A program made the translations under genes and the position numbers. 64,000 nucleotides of DNA, from the NCBI GenBank assembly GCA_963555755.3, contig OY820905.2, positions 4,224,001 to 4,288,000 of the forward strand. Direction: 5' to 3'. Source of the stretch: Nitrospirales bacterium (lineage in GTDB: Bacteria; Nitrospirota; Nitrospiria; Nitrospirales; UBA8639). Shown piece by piece: positions 1 to 8,405 of this stretch (positions are counted from its first letter, which is position 1; every line of letters starts with the position of its first letter). The notes below the pieces were generated by a model. The model was not told the origin of the DNA, ran no database searches, and saw only the letters and a list, made by a program, of their open reading frames with translations.

Positions 1-91
1 TAGCCCTGGCCATGACGGTCCGAGGCTGGTAGAACCATGAGAGAAAAGAATAATTTGGAAAATCTTTTTCCACAGTAAGGAGGGAAATCCA

Positions 92-892
92 ATGGAAACA
101 GGTACGAATCAAAAGTTGTTCCTCATTGTCTTGCTCAGTTTGAGCGTGGTACTCACGGGATGTTCACGTCAGCTTTATACCTCGTTGGTTAGTAGTGAGG
201 AATCGAAATCCGACGATCTATTACAAGGAGGAGAGTCGGAGCAAAGGGTGATGTCACGCAGTCCTGTTGAAGCTTCTCCACTTCCTAGGCTCAGTGATTC
301 CAGTATCGATTCATTCTCTCCTGTCCCGCAAAACCCACAATCGGGAAGTAATACGGAATTTTCTACCTCTCAAATTCCAGAGAGTGATTCTTTCTTTTCA
401 TCTTCGGGCGACATCATTCCACTCGATGACAAAGACTTGCTCACCGAAATAGCGGCGGCTTCAGGGACGGGCGGGTCGACAAGTCGTGAAACCGAGGCAT
501 TCTCTTCCCGTCAAAAGGGAGGGACGTTGACACCATTGGGAGATGAGCTTTTCGATAAGGGGAATTTGGGGGATGTGTTTTTCGACTTTGATGCTGTGGC
601 TATTCTTTCGGACGCCGCATCCACTCTTCACGCGAATGCTCAAATATTAACAGCGCGTTTGGATAATCGTCGTGTGGTCATTGAGGGGCACTGTGATGAA
701 CGAGGAACCGCAGAATATAATCTTGTGCTGGGAGAGCGCCGAGCTCAATCGACCAAACAATACCTGGTAGATCTCGGCGTCTCGGACTCGGCCATCCAGA
801 CGATCAGTTATGGCAAAGAAAAACCCTTTTGCACAGCCTCACACCCTGATTGCTGGCAGCTGAATAGGCGAGGTCATTTTGTTTTACAATAA
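92..892 (+). CDS. pal: Peptidoglycan-associated lipoprotein (OmpA-like C-terminal domain) with long low-complexity linker
   Basis: Lipobox LTGC; C-terminal VFFDFD, IEGHCDERGTAEYNLVLGERRA, ISYGKEKP, NRRGHF motifs. Confidence 0.9.
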   Translation: METGTNQKLFLIVLLSLSVVLTGCSRQLYTSLVSSEESKSDDLLQGGESEQRVMSRSPVEASPLPRLSDSSIDSFSPVPQNPQSGSNTEFSTSQIPESDSFFSSSGDIIPLDDKDLLTEIAAASGTGGSTSRETEAFSSRQKGGTLTPLGDELFDKGNLGDVFFDFDAVAILSDAASTLHANAQILTARLDNRRVVIEGHCDERGTAEYNLVLGERRAQSTKQYLVDLGVSDSAIQTISYGKEKPFCTASHPDCWQLNRRGHFVLQ

Positions 893-959
893 GGGCACCA
901 ATCGCTGGAGAGGTAGAGTCGTCATAGAGAAATAAGAGAGTCCTCTCGTAGCTTCAATG

Positions 960-1006
960 GGCCCAACCCAGGACTGTGCCGGTTCCTGAGTTGGGCCTTT
1001 CCTTTT
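960..1006 (+). terminator. Probable intrinsic terminator after pal
   Basis: Stem GGCCCAACCCAGGA / TCCTGAGTTGGGCC followed by TTTCCTTTT. Confidence 0.55.
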
Positions 1007-1135
1007 GAGATAGGGCATTCAACCTAGAAACGGCAGGTGGGCGTAAAAAAGACCCAAGGGTTGTTTTTCATTCTTTGGTGAGAGACTGGCGGGCTTCAAC
1101 TTTTGATAAATGGTCGTAGGCGTGCGGATGGTGTG

Positions 1136-1648
1136 TTATTCAGAATCACCTCGCATCATAAATGGATGGTTCAGAATCCACATTTCATACATGGGGACGG
1201 CAAACATCACCAGAAAACTTAATAGCATGAGGACATCGCCGGATAACATCGTGATCACAAATATTGGGGACACGTACGTGATCAACCAGGGAGATACCAA
1301 ATCCAAGGTGACCCCAAGGAAGGCGGCCCAGGTGGTGATGACTTTTAATGTGGGGCTGATCATCGTGAGGTACAACACGTGAACCATGATCATGAATACT
1401 ACTGGCATGGTGAAAATATGAAAGTGGGTGGTCTCAGCTAACTGTCCAAACGACATGGGCTCGCCGAAGTTGGCATCCGAGCCCCGATAATGTTCGACAA
1501 GGCCTTTTGGTGTGAGATCAGTCATGCTATGTGCCCAAACCAAGGTGAAGGCAAAACCCACAAACATTAAAAGAAGAAACCAGGTGTAGACCAACCGGAT
1601 GTGCCGGTCGGTATCACGGAGCCGAAACCGAGTGTTGAAATTCCGCAT
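1136..1648 (-). CDS. Integral membrane protein (about 4 TM) with several His residues; last gene of the porin/FMN-binding operon
   Basis: Hydrophobic segments; HYRG and ETTHFHIF..VH motifs; 17 bp downstream of the FMN-binding gene. Confidence 0.7.
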   Translation of the reverse strand: MRNFNTRFRLRDTDRHIRLVYTWFLLLMFVGFAFTLVWAHSMTDLTPKGLVEHYRGSDANFGEPMSFGQLAETTHFHIFTMPVVFMIMVHVLYLTMISPTLKVITTWAAFLGVTLDLVSPWLITYVSPIFVITMLSGDVLMLLSFLVMFAVPMYEMWILNHPFMMRGDSE

Positions 1649-1665
1649 TCCAAACGAATCTGATC

Positions 1666-2379
1666 TTAGAGCCCTAAGATTGATTCAATGAATCCTTTTT
1701 CCGCATGGCCAGTGGCGATGACGTTTGTGCCGAGTCCACGGGGTTTTAAATAAAATTCGTTGACCAACACCAACACCCGCTTGACCCCAGCGCTGGCTGA
1801 CCGGACCGACATCGTGGCGCCGGTAATATTAATAATGTCTCGATTGATGCCGACGGGGTCTCCAACGGTCTTTCCTTCATATTGATAATTAAATCGTTTC
1901 CTGGCGATTTCATTGCCGCGTCCTTCGCGGTACACCAGGACTTCGAAATTGATGACCTCGCCCCCAGAATCAACGGCCACCATGTAGGTAATGGGACGAT
2001 GTTTGCCGATGGTATTTTGGACTATAGCGTACCCGTCGATGTCCTCTTTGGTTTCGCCAATATAGACATCAAAAGAGGTTTCCGGAAATTTCCATCCAAT
2101 GGTTTGTTCAACCAGGGTTTTTTGTTCAGGGGTTAATGGGAGTGTTTCTCGTCGGATCGTTTCCGATTCCGGAAACATGACTTTTGCGGCTTCTTCCTCG
2201 GTAAAATAAATCTCAATGTGCCCAAGTTCTTCTTGTGTGAGCCAGCGTTTCAAATCATGGTCATAGATTTTTTCTGGAAGAGAATCCTGGGCAAACACCA
2301 AAGACGGAGCAAATCCAAGCAATATGCTACCAAGGGTAAAAATCCACACAAGTTTTTGAATTAGCTTAAAGTCGCACAT
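1666..2379 (-). CDS. Exported FMN-binding domain protein (RnfG/NqrC-like ApbE flavinylation substrate)
   Basis: Signal peptide; GKHRPITYMV and YREGRG motifs; flavinylation motif DIINITGATMS. Confidence 0.85.
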   Translation of the reverse strand: MCDFKLIQKLVWIFTLGSILLGFAPSLVFAQDSLPEKIYDHDLKRWLTQEELGHIEIYFTEEEAAKVMFPESETIRRETLPLTPEQKTLVEQTIGWKFPETSFDVYIGETKEDIDGYAIVQNTIGKHRPITYMVAVDSGGEVINFEVLVYREGRGNEIARKRFNYQYEGKTVGDPVGINRDIINITGATMSVRSASAGVKRVLVLVNEFYLKPRGLGTNVIATGHAEKGFIESILGL

Positions 2380-2831
2380 CCCTTATCCCTCAGTTGGTTG
2401 GAAATTCGTTGCGCCAAGCGTTGTTCCTCTTCCACGACCGGAGGAATTCGTCTCCAATGAGTTGATTGGGACTGCACACCCATTGGAGAAAAAAATTCTC
2501 TGACTTGGTGAATGGATATTTCAATTGCCTGTGGATCTTGCTCAAGATTGAGAAAAAACCGAGCTCGTTCTTGATTGGCGTCCCGCTCCATAACGCCAGC
2601 TTTTCTTTTTGAGGTAAGGGCAATCCACTCCGTCGCAATGACGCCTTTTTCTTTATCGATTTGCCGAAGCTCAAATTCATCCACGCTCGCCAGGGAAACC
2701 GACCACGCTTGTTCATAGGAACAAGAAGCCCTCACAGTGAGGGGTGCACTTGAAAGGGTCGCGCACCCCACTGTGGAAACGAACAAGAGAAAAGAAAGCA
2801 CTACAAATTTACCCATAGCGGGGATGAACAT
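2361..2831 (-). CDS. Putative lipoprotein
   Basis: Lipobox-like TVGC after a hydrophobic stretch; DKEKGVIATEW; overlaps the next gene. Confidence 0.7.
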   Translation of the reverse strand: MFIPAMGKFVVLSFLLFVSTVGCATLSSAPLTVRASCSYEQAWSVSLASVDEFELRQIDKEKGVIATEWIALTSKRKAGVMERDANQERARFFLNLEQDPQAIEISIHQVREFFSPMGVQSQSTHWRRIPPVVEEEQRLAQRISNQLRDKGCATLS

Positions 2832-2840
2832 TTCTTTCGA

Positions 2841-4331
2841 TTAAAAGTACGTCGTGGCTGAAGCTTGCCAACCGTTGGCCGACCCCGGAGAATGTGCTGG
2901 ACCGACGGTTCCTGCATTATGGTCATTGAAGGTATAGCTAAACTTGACGACAGAATCCTCTGTTGGACGAAGATTGAGCCCCAGCGTGAGCCTGTCGATC
3001 TCATTGGCATTGGTTGAAGAGGCTGTATTCGTGTCAACTTGGCCCCAGCGAATAACGCCAGTAAAGGTTGATGCATCGCTAAAGTATGAGGAAGCCCATT
3101 GCTTTAGGGATGCTGGGAAGAAATGGTAATTTAATTGGATGTAGTATCCACTCATATTGGCCGGTGGAGCACCATTATTAAATGAAGTCGTCGGCATGGT
3201 CGTTCCACCTTCAATATTGGCCCAGGCTGCTTCGCCTTGTAGTTCAAAAAATGAAGTCGTCGGCATGGTCGTTCCACCTTCAATATTGGCCCAGGCTGCT
3301 TCGCCTTGTAGTTCAAAGGGGCCACGTTGAAGGTTTCCGTCAACCGCTAAAATTGTTAACGCATAGTCACTGTTGTCGTCCCAGTAGCCGTGGTGAATAG
3401 AGCCGGCTACCTCCACTCCAAGAATGGGGCTTAATGAAATACGACTGACAACGGCCTTATTTTCATTATTATCCGTTTTGAAACTTCCCCGAGAACTCCG
3501 TAACCCTGAGCTCTCCGTAATTGTGGTTGGCCCGCCGGTTCCAAATCCCATGCCGCCATCAAAGCCCTGTGTGACATAGATTTCATAATCGACTTTGGAA
3601 AGCTGGGTTGGATAAAACGTTCCAAAAAATCCAAACCCGGACTCCGCAAACGTCGAAGGAATGATAAGCCGGGACACCATTGGACGAAGAGGAAGATCAT
3701 TTAACGGTGAATCATGGATCAGGTTGAAACGTCCCATGGGAATTAAAATGATTCCTGCCCGTAGGTTAATCCAGTCTTCGAACCGGTAGTCCATCGTGGC
3801 GAATTCAATTTTGACATCTCCATCGCTTTGGTTGCCTTGTGGGCCACCATGTTCAATCTCGACTTCAGCGGCCACACTCAGTCGATCGGTCACTTGGGAA
3901 TAAAAGAACGGAACAAATCGTTCTTGGTCAAATTCCAACCCACGGGCACAATCTCGTGAGTCGTCATTACAGTCTGTAATCGTAAAATCAATGTAACCAC
4001 CGACAATGGTTTTAGGAGCTTTGACGAATGGTTTGGCGTAGACAGTGCGACCTCCCTGAAGACCACCACCACCGGTAAAGGTATCCCCAAACCGTTGTAC
4101 TTGTTGTGTGGTATCACCCAAGGCCGGCATTTTTTTAGAAAGATCAAGAGATGGAGGGTCAATCTGGGTCATGCCCCCGCCCATCATTTGCTGTTTGGTG
4201 TACCACTCTTGAAACATTTTTTGCATTTGTTCTTGTTGGGCCGGTGTAAATTCTTCACTCTCAGCCCAAACTTGCGTTTGAGGAACAATCATGAGGGCCA
4301 ACATTGCCCCCGCAATCAACAATCGTTTCAT
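2841..4331 (-). CDS. Outer-membrane beta-barrel porin-like protein
   Basis: Signal peptide; alternating aromatic beta-strands; C-terminal Phe (ATTYF); GGAG 9 nt before the ATG at 4331 (ORF track starts at upstream TTG 4346). Confidence 0.85.
   Translation of the reverse strand: MKRLLIAGAMLALMIVPQTQVWAESEEFTPAQQEQMQKMFQEWYTKQQMMGGGMTQIDPPSLDLSKKMPALGDTTQQVQRFGDTFTGGGGLQGGRTVYAKPFVKAPKTIVGGYIDFTITDCNDDSRDCARGLEFDQERFVPFFYSQVTDRLSVAAEVEIEHGGPQGNQSDGDVKIEFATMDYRFEDWINLRAGIILIPMGRFNLIHDSPLNDLPLRPMVSRLIIPSTFAESGFGFFGTFYPTQLSKVDYEIYVTQGFDGGMGFGTGGPTTITESSGLRSSRGSFKTDNNENKAVVSRISLSPILGVEVAGSIHHGYWDDNSDYALTILAVDGNLQRGPFELQGEAAWANIEGGTTMPTTSFFELQGEAAWANIEGGTTMPTTSFNNGAPPANMSGYYIQLNYHFFPASLKQWASSYFSDASTFTGVIRWGQVDTNTASSTNANEIDRLTLGLNLRPTEDSVVKFSYTFNDHNAGTVGPAHSPGSANGWQASATTYF
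3180..3317. repeat. Exact 69-bp in-frame tandem duplication inside the porin gene
   Basis: 3180-3248 identical to 3249-3317; duplicates FELQGEAAWANIEGGTTMPTTSF. Confidence 0.95.
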
Positions 4332-4404
4332 TCGAACGATCTCCAATTGTTGTTGGGGACTCTAATGGCCCTCAATGTCATTAAAGGGACTCTTGTGGTC
4401 CTCA
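4292..4404 (-). promoter_or_regulatory. Putative cis-regulatory RNA: two tandem hairpins plus a stem enclosing the porin RBS/AUG
   Basis: 19-nt direct repeats at 4356-4374 and 4386-4404 (16/19 identical, 30-nt period); inverted pairings 4292-4300/4366-4374, 4317-4323/4346-4352 and 4324-4327/4335-4338. Confidence 0.6.
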
Positions 4405-4438
4405 GTTTACGTTTTGGTGTTTAACGGATTGTAAAACC

Positions 4439-4657
4439 TCATTTGAAAAAGTTGGTCATGGAATTGGTGCATGTAAATATGCTGACTTCATGCGCCTTGA
4501 TACTGGCATAGGGAATAGAAACAATGCGCTTGCACCGTTTGCATTTGAGTTCGAGATTGTCCCCACGAATTTTTGCAATGAGATGGCCACATTCACATCT
4601 TGCCTCACTAGGCTGAAATTGCCGTTCTGGAAGTCTGCTTTTTATTTCTGGACTCAT
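4439..4657 (-). CDS. Small Zn-ribbon protein, Mu Com-like family
   Basis: 72 aa; RCECGHLIAK...LELKCKRCKRI matches the Com-type RC..CG.LLA...EIKC.RC pattern. Confidence 0.75.
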   Translation of the reverse strand: MSPEIKSRLPERQFQPSEARCECGHLIAKIRGDNLELKCKRCKRIVSIPYASIKAHEVSIFTCTNSMTNFFK

Positions 4658-4708
4658 TGAATTAAAATAAAAAATAGGATAGTTATAAGAGCTAATTAAA
4701 AATTATTA

Positions 4709-4751
4709 TGATATTTATTCTCATTTAAATTGATTTTGATAACTATTATTA
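4709..4751. promoter_or_regulatory. Two Fur-box-like 7-1-7 sites
   Basis: TGATATT-T-ATTCTCA (4709-4723) and TGATAAC-T-ATTATTA (4737-4751), each 12/14 to TGATAAT-N-ATTATCA; AT-rich divergent promoter region; fur and iron ABC genes nearby. Confidence 0.7.
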
Positions 4752-4972
4752 ATAATGAATTCGTAGGGGTCCTGTCAACCTCATTCTTTAACGAAATGAT
4801 TGCCACCTAACCTGTTGATTTACATGAATAAATATGGACGGAAATAACTTATCAACGTATATTGTATTAGAGATATCCTTGGCTTCTACGATCACCAACA
4901 CGCGATGTATTTCCATGACTTATACCGATTTGATAGAGAGATGTTTTATGGTCATGCATTCACACTCAGGAA

Positions 4973-6001
4973 ATGATGCAACAGGTTTCTCCCGTTATGC
5001 GTAAACTCTTGGGTTCTGTATTCGGATGTGTGTTGGTGTTGGGGCTGATTGGATGTGGTGCTTCCCCCCATTTGGTCAAACGTGGCCAAATGCATATGGG
5101 GACCTTGGTTTTTTTAACTGCCGTGGCACCGGACGAACAGATTGCCCACGACGCTGTTCAAAAGGGATTTGACGAAATTCACCGGTTGGAAGAAATCCTG
5201 AGTACGTGGATTCCCGAAAGTGAGCTCTCGCGAGTCAATGCGGGGGCGGGGCGAACAGCCATCGCAGTCAGCCAGGAGACATTCGAAGTGTTGGCGAAAT
5301 CCATCGAGATGGACCGTCTGACCGAAGGTGGGTTTAATATTGCCATTGGCCCGGCGGTCGAAGCATGGAATGTGAGCCGGGAGGGACGGATTCCCACACA
5401 AGAAGAGTTGGATGCTGTTCGCCCTTTACTTCACTTAGAGAATCTCCTACTGGACAAAGAATCACGCATGGTGTTCCTTCGCAAGCCAGGGATGCGCGTG
5501 GATATTGGAGGTATTGGCAAAGGCTATGCCGCTGATCTCGCGGCCCATGTTATGCAGCAAGCAGGAGCTACTGCGGGGGTGGTCGCAATCTCAGGTGATA
5601 TCAAGACATTCGGTCGAATGCCTGATGGAGAACGGTTTGTCTTTGGCATTCACCATCCGCGTCATGGGGGTGCGTTATTAGGACAGTTGGAATTGGAAGA
5701 TAAGGCGGTGTCCACAGCCGGAGATTATCAGCGCTACTTTATGAAAGATGGGGTTCGGTATCATCACATCCTTGATCCGCAAACTCTTCAACCGGCTCGT
5801 GCATCCCAAAGCGTCACCGTGGTGGCGAAAGAAGGTGTCCTTGCCGATGGATTGGACACCGGCATCTTTGTGATGGGCCCGGAGAAAGGGATGGCGCTGA
5901 TCGAGAGCCTTGATGGAGTCGAGGGCGTGATTGTGGGGGAAGACGGGGAGGTCTATATTTCGTCGGGGTTGAAAGAGCGATTCCTTCTGAATGATCAGTA
6001 A
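4973..6001 (+). CDS. apbE: FAD:protein FMN transferase (lipoprotein)
   Basis: MGT, SELSRVN, DIGGIGKGYAAD, STAGDYQRYF, YHHILDP, ADGLDT motifs. Confidence 0.95.
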   Translation: MMQQVSPVMRKLLGSVFGCVLVLGLIGCGASPHLVKRGQMHMGTLVFLTAVAPDEQIAHDAVQKGFDEIHRLEEILSTWIPESELSRVNAGAGRTAIAVSQETFEVLAKSIEMDRLTEGGFNIAIGPAVEAWNVSREGRIPTQEELDAVRPLLHLENLLLDKESRMVFLRKPGMRVDIGGIGKGYAADLAAHVMQQAGATAGVVAISGDIKTFGRMPDGERFVFGIHHPRHGGALLGQLELEDKAVSTAGDYQRYFMKDGVRYHHILDPQTLQPARASQSVTVVAKEGVLADGLDTGIFVMGPEKGMALIESLDGVEGVIVGEDGEVYISSGLKERFLLNDQ

Positions 6002-6090
6002 AGTTGGTCAGATCATCCTGGATTCCGAGGTTGAGTTTGCTTGGAAGGGCTCGATTACCTTATCGAGTTTGGGACATCCATGCGGACCGT

Positions 6091-6183
6091 TGTCATTGCG
6101 AACGGAGTGAGAAATCTTGACGCGGGGGAAAAGATCTCTCGCTCCGGTCGAGACAAGGATTTCTCCCGTTGGTCGAAATGACA
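6091..6183. repeat. Single palindromic repeat of the family arrayed at 11624-12090
   Basis: TGTCATTGCG..GAGAAATC ... GATTTCTC..TCGAAATGACA. Confidence 0.75.
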
Positions 6184-6258
6184 TTGGGGGAAACGCCCTC
6201 TTGTTTTACTGCGAAATTCTGGATCATACACGGGATCCCAGGGAAACATTTTGCGCCT

Positions 6259-6290
6259 AAAAAAAAGGGGCCGACAGCGGCCCCTTTTTT
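6259..6290. terminator. Bidirectional intrinsic terminator
   Basis: A8-GGGGCCG-ACAG-CGGCCCC-T6 between convergent genes. Confidence 0.85.
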
Positions 6291-6314
6291 ATTTCGTCTT
6301 CAGCACCGAAAAAA

Positions 6315-7046
6315 TTAATAATTGCCTTTTCCTTTTCCACCGCGGGAATACCCGCTGGCGTGAGATGTGTTGCCGCCGTGGGATTTAATGCGTTCGTGAA
6401 TCTTATTCATCCGTGATTGTTGCTCTTCTGACAACACGGCTTTGGCGGCCCGTTTGGCTTTGATCGAGGCTATGTTCAAATCAGCTTTTAATCCATATAC
6501 ATTTTTGATGTTTCTCTCAATGTCTCCAAGGCTGGATTTATCGTCGCGCAGTAACTCATGCAGGTCGATATTGGCCAGTTGGACATTGGCTTTTATTTTG
6601 ATCCGGTCTTTTCTGTAATTCGTTCTCACATCCCGCAGTTGCTGTTCCTGCTCATCTGTGACGCTCATCCCATCCTTGAATTTCAAAATATGGTCGATGA
6701 ATTTCGTCGCGCCTTGATGTGTGCCTGGGTGGGTGGAACTCCGTCCTCCATGTCCCGACATCCCCTTGCTATGAATTCCCCCGCGTCCAGAACTTTTGGC
6801 ATGGTGAGAATCTCCCATTCCCGGGTAGCCTGTAGAATGGTGCTTGTCTCCATGGATGCTTGCCTGCATGTGTGCAGAGCCCGTTCCACTATGGTGTTTG
6901 CTCGAGTAATTTGAGTCTCCATGGGGTGATCCATGTGGAGAACTGTCGGAGGCTGCCACTGTGGGGCCTGCCAAGGCTAACACGAAAACGCTAGAGAGAG
7001 AACAAACTGAATACCAGGAAAGTGTCGTGACTCCTGTGAATCTCAT
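6315..7046 (-). CDS. Periplasmic Spy/CpxP-type protein with His/Gly-rich N-terminal region
   Basis: Signal peptide; VTDEQ and VLSEEQQ (LTxxQ-like) motifs; many His. Confidence 0.75.
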   Translation of the reverse strand: MRFTGVTTLSWYSVCSLSSVFVLALAGPTVAASDSSPHGSPHGDSNYSSKHHSGTGSAHMQASIHGDKHHSTGYPGMGDSHHAKSSGRGGIHSKGMSGHGGRSSTHPGTHQGATKFIDHILKFKDGMSVTDEQEQQLRDVRTNYRKDRIKIKANVQLANIDLHELLRDDKSSLGDIERNIKNVYGLKADLNIASIKAKRAAKAVLSEEQQSRMNKIHERIKSHGGNTSHASGYSRGGKGKGNY

Positions 7047-7218
7047 GATTGAGTCCTCCTTTTACCTTTGAACAAGACGTGTGAATGGGAATGAGATATT
7101 TGCATGCATGTTGATGTCACTCATCACATCATTATAAATCTCTGAGCGAAAAGAAGCCAATGGGGTGCTAGTTGCATTATAATCGGTTCCCAGGTTATGC
7201 CAAGACGAAAGGCAGTGT

Positions 7219-8292
7219 TTAGGAATTCCGAGATTGTTCAAACATCACGGTATGTGTGGCCTTCACTTTCAGTTCAACCTGGGCGTTGAGCGCATAGAAT
7301 TGCGTCGAAGATTCGCTGCAATGAACGAGGCGCCCCGATTCGAGACGAAGGCCGTATAAATTTTCCGATCCCCGAAATTGGCGTGTTTCAATTCGGGCTG
7401 AACCGCTCCCACTCCCACGGATTTCAAGGTCATCCGGTCGAATCATGACGTCTACCTGGTTGCTTCCTTGATAGCCTTGCGGAAGCGGCAGATCTCCAAT
7501 TTCAGTCACGACAACATGGTGATGAATCTCGCCGGGAATGAAATCTGCCTGACCGACAAATTCTGCGACAAAACGGGACGCGGGCAAATGATAGGTCGTT
7601 TCCGGTGAGGCAAATTGTTCCAGCCGACCTTGATGAAGAACGGCAACCTGATCGGCCATGGTAAAGGCCTCTTCATGGTCATGGGTGACTAACACCGCCG
7701 TGGTTTGAGTTTTTTTCAACAAATCATGCAGTTCGCCGCGCATTTTATAAGTCATGTCGGGATCGAGATTGCTGAAGGGTTCATCCAATAAGAGCAGCAC
7801 CGGTTGGGGGGCGAGAGCCCGAGCCAATGCCACGCGTTGTTGTTGACCACCAGATAGTTCATGTGGGTAACGGTGTCCGTATTCAGACAATCCGGTCAAA
7901 GAAAGCATATCGTCCACTCGACGACGACGATCGTGAGCGGATAATTGGTTGAGGCCAAAGCCCACGTTATCGGTCACGCGCAGGTGTGGAAACAGTGCAT
8001 ATTCCTGAAATACCATACCCACGCGTCGTTGTTCAGGGGGGACATGGTGGTTGCCATCTGCTACGGGTGTTCCATTCAACAGCACGGTCCCTTCTACAAC
8101 CGATTCAAATCCGGCGATAGCCCTGAGGGTCGTGGTTTTCCCGCAGCCTGAGGGGCCGAGCAAGGAAATGATATCGCCTTTGCGTGCCGTAAACGAAATG
8201 TTGTGAATCGCCGGTTGCCCTGACTCATACGAGCAGGTGACGTGTTGTAGCTCAAGGACAATGGGGTTGTCGTGTGGGGTTGCGTCAGTCAT
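7219..8292 (-). CDS. fbpC: Fe3+ ABC transporter ATP-binding subunit (FbpC/FutC-like)
   Basis: GPSGCGKTT, LSGGQQQRVALARAL, LLLDEP; C-terminal TOBE; operon context. Confidence 0.85.
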   Translation of the reverse strand: MTDATPHDNPIVLELQHVTCSYESGQPAIHNISFTARKGDIISLLGPSGCGKTTTLRAIAGFESVVEGTVLLNGTPVADGNHHVPPEQRRVGMVFQEYALFPHLRVTDNVGFGLNQLSAHDRRRRVDDMLSLTGLSEYGHRYPHELSGGQQQRVALARALAPQPVLLLLDEPFSNLDPDMTYKMRGELHDLLKKTQTTAVLVTHDHEEAFTMADQVAVLHQGRLEQFASPETTYHLPASRFVAEFVGQADFIPGEIHHHVVVTEIGDLPLPQGYQGSNQVDVMIRPDDLEIRGSGSGSARIETRQFRGSENLYGLRLESGRLVHCSESSTQFYALNAQVELKVKATHTVMFEQSRNS

Positions 8293-8300
8293 CGGAAGAT

Positions 8301-8405
8301 CGTGATGCGTGATGCGTGATGCGTGAAGCGTGAAGGCGCGAGATCAGAAAGGGGAAGGGGAAATTCTGTGGTGTATCTTCACGCATTACGCATCACGCTT
8401 TACGC
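8301..8405. repeat. Facing heptamer tandem repeats (GCGTGAT / ATCACGC) forming an imperfect hairpin
   Basis: CGTGATG x3 + CGTGAAG x2, then the complementary CTTCACGCATTACGCATCACGCTTTACGC. Confidence 0.75.
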
